From assembly GCA_026026165.1 (NCBI GenBank), contig JAPEUD010000013.1, positions 124,001 to 188,000 on the forward strand: a DNA stretch of 64,000 nt, in the 5' to 3' direction. Position numbers and translations under genes: made by a program. Below are positions 60,863-64,000 of the stretch, piece after piece. Source of the DNA: Sarea resinae. Its lineage: Eukaryota. Position 1 is the stretch's first letter. Every line of letters begins with the position of its first letter. Under the pieces are notes generated by a model, which saw only the letters and a program-made list of their open reading frames with translations, did no database searches and was not told where the DNA came from.

Positions 60863-61620
60863 TTACACCTCTTCCGCACCCCAGCCGGCGTCCGCCTCCC
60901 TCATGTTCTGAGGAGGTTCGATAGAAGGGATGTATTCCAATACGACGTAGACGACCCCAATGACGCCGACAATCGAGCCAGCGATGATCCTCAAGACGTG
61001 GTCGTGTAGGAGAATCGATCCAATGAATATATAGACTAAAGTGCGCCCACAATATCAGCCTCTTTTCCGCAAATCTACCAGTATTTAGAACCAATTGCAT
61101 TGGATGACTTACAAATACCACGACCCAAGAAAGAGAAGAGGAATGATGCGTAGCGTGCGACGTATGGGGGAATCTGAAATTCTGCTCCGGGCATTAGCAT
61201 TTGAAGTAGTCTGATGTTCGTACGGATCGCGCGATGCACTACTGACCAAGAAGCGCCGTTCCTATTGCATACACGTTAGATGATAGCCCAGCCAATCTTC
61301 AGTGAAGCCCAGAACATACCAAGACCAAACAAGATCACATAACAGCCGATGACAACACTCTGACTATATTTCAAAGTCAATTGAAGGACACGAGGGAATT
61401 GGGGAATGCCTTGTAACTCACAAAGAGATGGGGAAAAATTGGCTGACACCACCCAGGACCATGATCACACCAACCGCGAGGTTGACAAGCCGGCTATGAT
61501 TCAAAGTGATCTTGTTAGCAAAAGGTCTATAAGATCACAACGATAGTGCTCGGGGCCTTGGTGAGCCCAAAACGGTGTTGGTTTCGGATGCGAAGCTTAC
61601 AAGATGTTCGAGAGGTCCAT
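60863..61620 (-). CDS. TVP15: COPI-associated Golgi membrane protein Tvp15, multi-exon (absent from the ORF track)
   Basis: Short exons: MDLSNI.., RLVNLAVGVIMVLGGVSQFFP, VIGCYVILFGL, RYASFLFSFLGRG and EYIPSIEPPQNMREADAGWGAEEV*. Confidence 0.82.
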
Positions 61621-63307
61621 CTTGAATTTGGAACTGTCGGGAAGCCGCAATTAAGGTGGTGGTAGGAGAGGAAGATTTATAGAGGCTATGCGAGTACAAT
61701 CACACAAACCGACGACTGTGAACTTCCGACCTGTATGTAGATGTGATGGGGCTGTGAATTACTGATTGGCAGTTGTTTGGGGACGGAGAAAGGGTCGAGG
61801 ACTCCAGCTTGAAGTAGGGAGATGAGGATAAGCTCCGCCAGCAATGCGACAGCTCTAAGCGAACCAATGGACGTTGCGTGTACCAGCTGCTGTTGCTTAC
61901 CTACAAATACTCAAGTATGACAACGAATTTAGAGCAATACAGCCCTACTCTGGATTCTGGCGATTTCAAGGTTCTGAGACGTGTTGATGGATCTATGTTC
62001 CCGACCTTTGTTGCTGGTCGTTCTAATTGACAAGGTAGGGAGGACACTAAAGAGCATCAAATATGTACGCCATCGCCCGGCTAAGAGTTCGAGAATGAAG
62101 CGGTTCAGAACATCACTTGAATTTCGAGTGCTACAGGTGCGTCGAAGCCAATTGCACCGCACGTAGTCTTTCAAAGAAGAGACGAGAGACCGGCATCTAA
62201 TTGAATCGAGAATCGCATAGGTAGGAAGGTAGATGCTTGTCACATCTGTAGGGATAAGGGTTCGACCTCCGCCTGGACTATCTAGCTTTACACAATACTA
62301 GCTCTTGAGCGAGTTGTCTGACTTCTTACTTTGTGATTGCACTATACACTAGGCCTTCGAGATAGTGAGATGGGATAGTGAAGTGATAGTTATTTTATCT
62401 GTCTGTCTTATTCTCCCTTCATGTAGAGAAAGGTAGGAAGTTAAGTGAATGTAGATTGAACAGTCCTTCCAATCATCCATTCGGCTGTCTGTCAACGGGG
62501 CCACCCATAATGCCTCCCCTCAAGAGAGGACAAAGATGTGTGGCCAGGTCAACAAGAAGGCTGGAAAACGGGCTGATGATAACATGACAAAAGTAGTAGA
62601 GGTCCTTCAAGGGACAAAAACGACGAAAACCGTGGACCACCAGAGCCCTTCTGAGTGAGTCCGATGCAGCTGAATTCGATTCATTTCATTTCATGTCATC
62701 CGTCATCGTGTAGTGCGCTATGCTCTTCCTCTTTGCCAGCTCAGCCAACCAATCTGACCCAATAATACGCGACCAGACTATAATGAAAAGAAAAGGATAA
62801 GGAAAGGGCGACAAATAGAATAAAGAAGAGGGAATCAAAACGCCAATTTGCGCCGTCCTGATGTTCGCTAACCCATTGTTTGAGTTCGTCAAAAGATACA
62901 CATGTAGTGTATGAGGCTGTCATCGAGCCTTGATCATTCTTTCCCATTTCCCAGTGCAGACATGCTGGATTGGATTAGAAAAAGGAATTGATGAATGATG
63001 ATGAGATGACACCCAACGCCGATAATGCTCGCTAGATGTGCTGGGAATGAGGGTCTATCGTGACCTGGAAATGGTGTTGTCGTTGAGGTGGAAGTTGATG
63101 ATGATGTGAATGAGGATGAGGATGTCTTCAGTCGTGATGATGACAGTATGAGATAAGAGGCTGATTGACGTCGATGAGGTGTGAAGTCCAATGTTGAGGT
63201 AATCGTTGTTGTAGCCTTGGTGTCAATGAAGTGGATGAGATGGATTGGGATTTGTTGATCGGGCCCTAGGGAAATGAATGGGGTGATACGGAGAAGAAGG
63301 GTAGACG

Positions 63308-64000
63308 TTAGATGTAAAGAGTCTTGATACCAGCCTCGATGACAGGCGTGTTTCCTTTGCCTGTTTTCGTCGTCACGGCAATAGCAATACCGCCAGCGGT
63401 TTTGATTGCCCCATTTGTATCTCCTCGTGCGTGCCCTGCGATTTGTTTGCGCTCTTTGGCCGCGGCCTTCTGCGCCGCTTTCTTCATGTCCTTTTTCTCG
63501 CGTGCGGAAATTCGCTTGCGCTGCGGACCCGACTGTTTCTGCTGGGTCTTGCTTCCATTGGCTCCTACATTCTTGGGAATAGCATTGATGGCGTTCAGTG
63601 TTGGTGAAGGTGGTTTCGGTGGCTTGAGTGTGAGACGAACACCGCCACCGCCACCACCAATGGTACGCACTTTCTCGACTTTACCTCGCTGGGAGCTACT
63701 TGTCGTTGAATAGTCGGAAGTACTATCCGAATCTTTGATAGATTCAGGCCTCCAGTCTTCATCTTCGGTGTCATCGACGTCCTTCTCCGAGTAGTTGCCA
63801 CGAACACCCTTTCGGTCCGAATGGCTGTTCTCCTGAGAGGAGTCCGGCAAGCCGCCATGATTAGCGAACTTTGCAGCCATCTCTCTCTTTCTCCGGTCTT
63901 CCTTCTCTTTCAAGACTGTCTTCGTCGCACGACTCAGTCGGCGATCTTGCTTCTTGTTCGGCCCGTTATATGCTTCGTCGTCACTATCTGGGTCCCGTTC
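63308..64000 (-). CDS. 3' part of a Lys/Arg-rich hypothetical protein (runs off the window)
   Basis: Open frame continues to the window edge; charged, low-complexity sequence with no recognisable domain. Confidence 0.55.
   Translation of the reverse strand, partial: ERDPDSDDEAYNGPNKKQDRRLSRATKTVLKEKEDRRKREMAAKFANHGGLPDSSQENSHSDRKGVRGNYSEKDVDDTEDEDWRPESIKDSDSTSDYSTTSSSQRGKVEKVRTIGGGGGGVRLTLKPPKPPSPTLNAINAIPKNVGANGSKTQQKQSGPQRKRISAREKKDMKKAAQKAAAKERKQIAGHARGDTNGAIKTAGGIAIAVTTKTGKGNTPVIEAGIKTLYI

Noticed and set aside
62258..62275. GGTTCGA, a tRNA T-loop/B-box-like motif
   Set aside because: No cloverleaf, acceptor stem or A box can be built around it.

Overview
Intron-containing genomic DNA from a filamentous ascomycete (Pezizomycotina-like gene set, dispersed 5S rRNA genes). 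Most of the window is housekeeping genes: GH125 mannosidase, POL32, an alcohol acetyltransferase, an alpha/beta hydrolase, TRS85, RAD18, CHMP7-like, CLP1, IPK2/ARG82, BQT4-like, RDI1, PPG1, a GH15 glucoamylase, NECAP, GCN3, sreA and TVP15. The main feature is a complete 7,979-bp DNA transposon at 2918-10896, bounded by a perfect 9-bp target-site duplication (AAACACTAT) and imperfect terminal inverted repeats. It carries a DUF6589/Academ-type transposase and a convergent RecQ-like helicase (AcademH architecture), both stop-disrupted in a RIP-like way. Three things about it go beyond that architecture: a third, spliced gene for a Zn(II)2Cys6-like protein; about 105 copies (hand count) of the CGG-containing pentamer GCGGA/TCCGC across the element; and branched, T-shaped hairpins at both ends. 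Together these suggest an element that encodes a reader for its own sequence signature; this is a hypothesis. Two other regions merit attention: an atypical Hsp70 (HSPA12-like) gene paired head-to-head with an orphan coiled-coil gene that may be GrpE-like, and a 3.3-kb island bounded by two identical, oppositely oriented 5S genes that contains a degenerate 5S copy and an atypical kinase. All coordinates, splice sites and counts were derived by eye.
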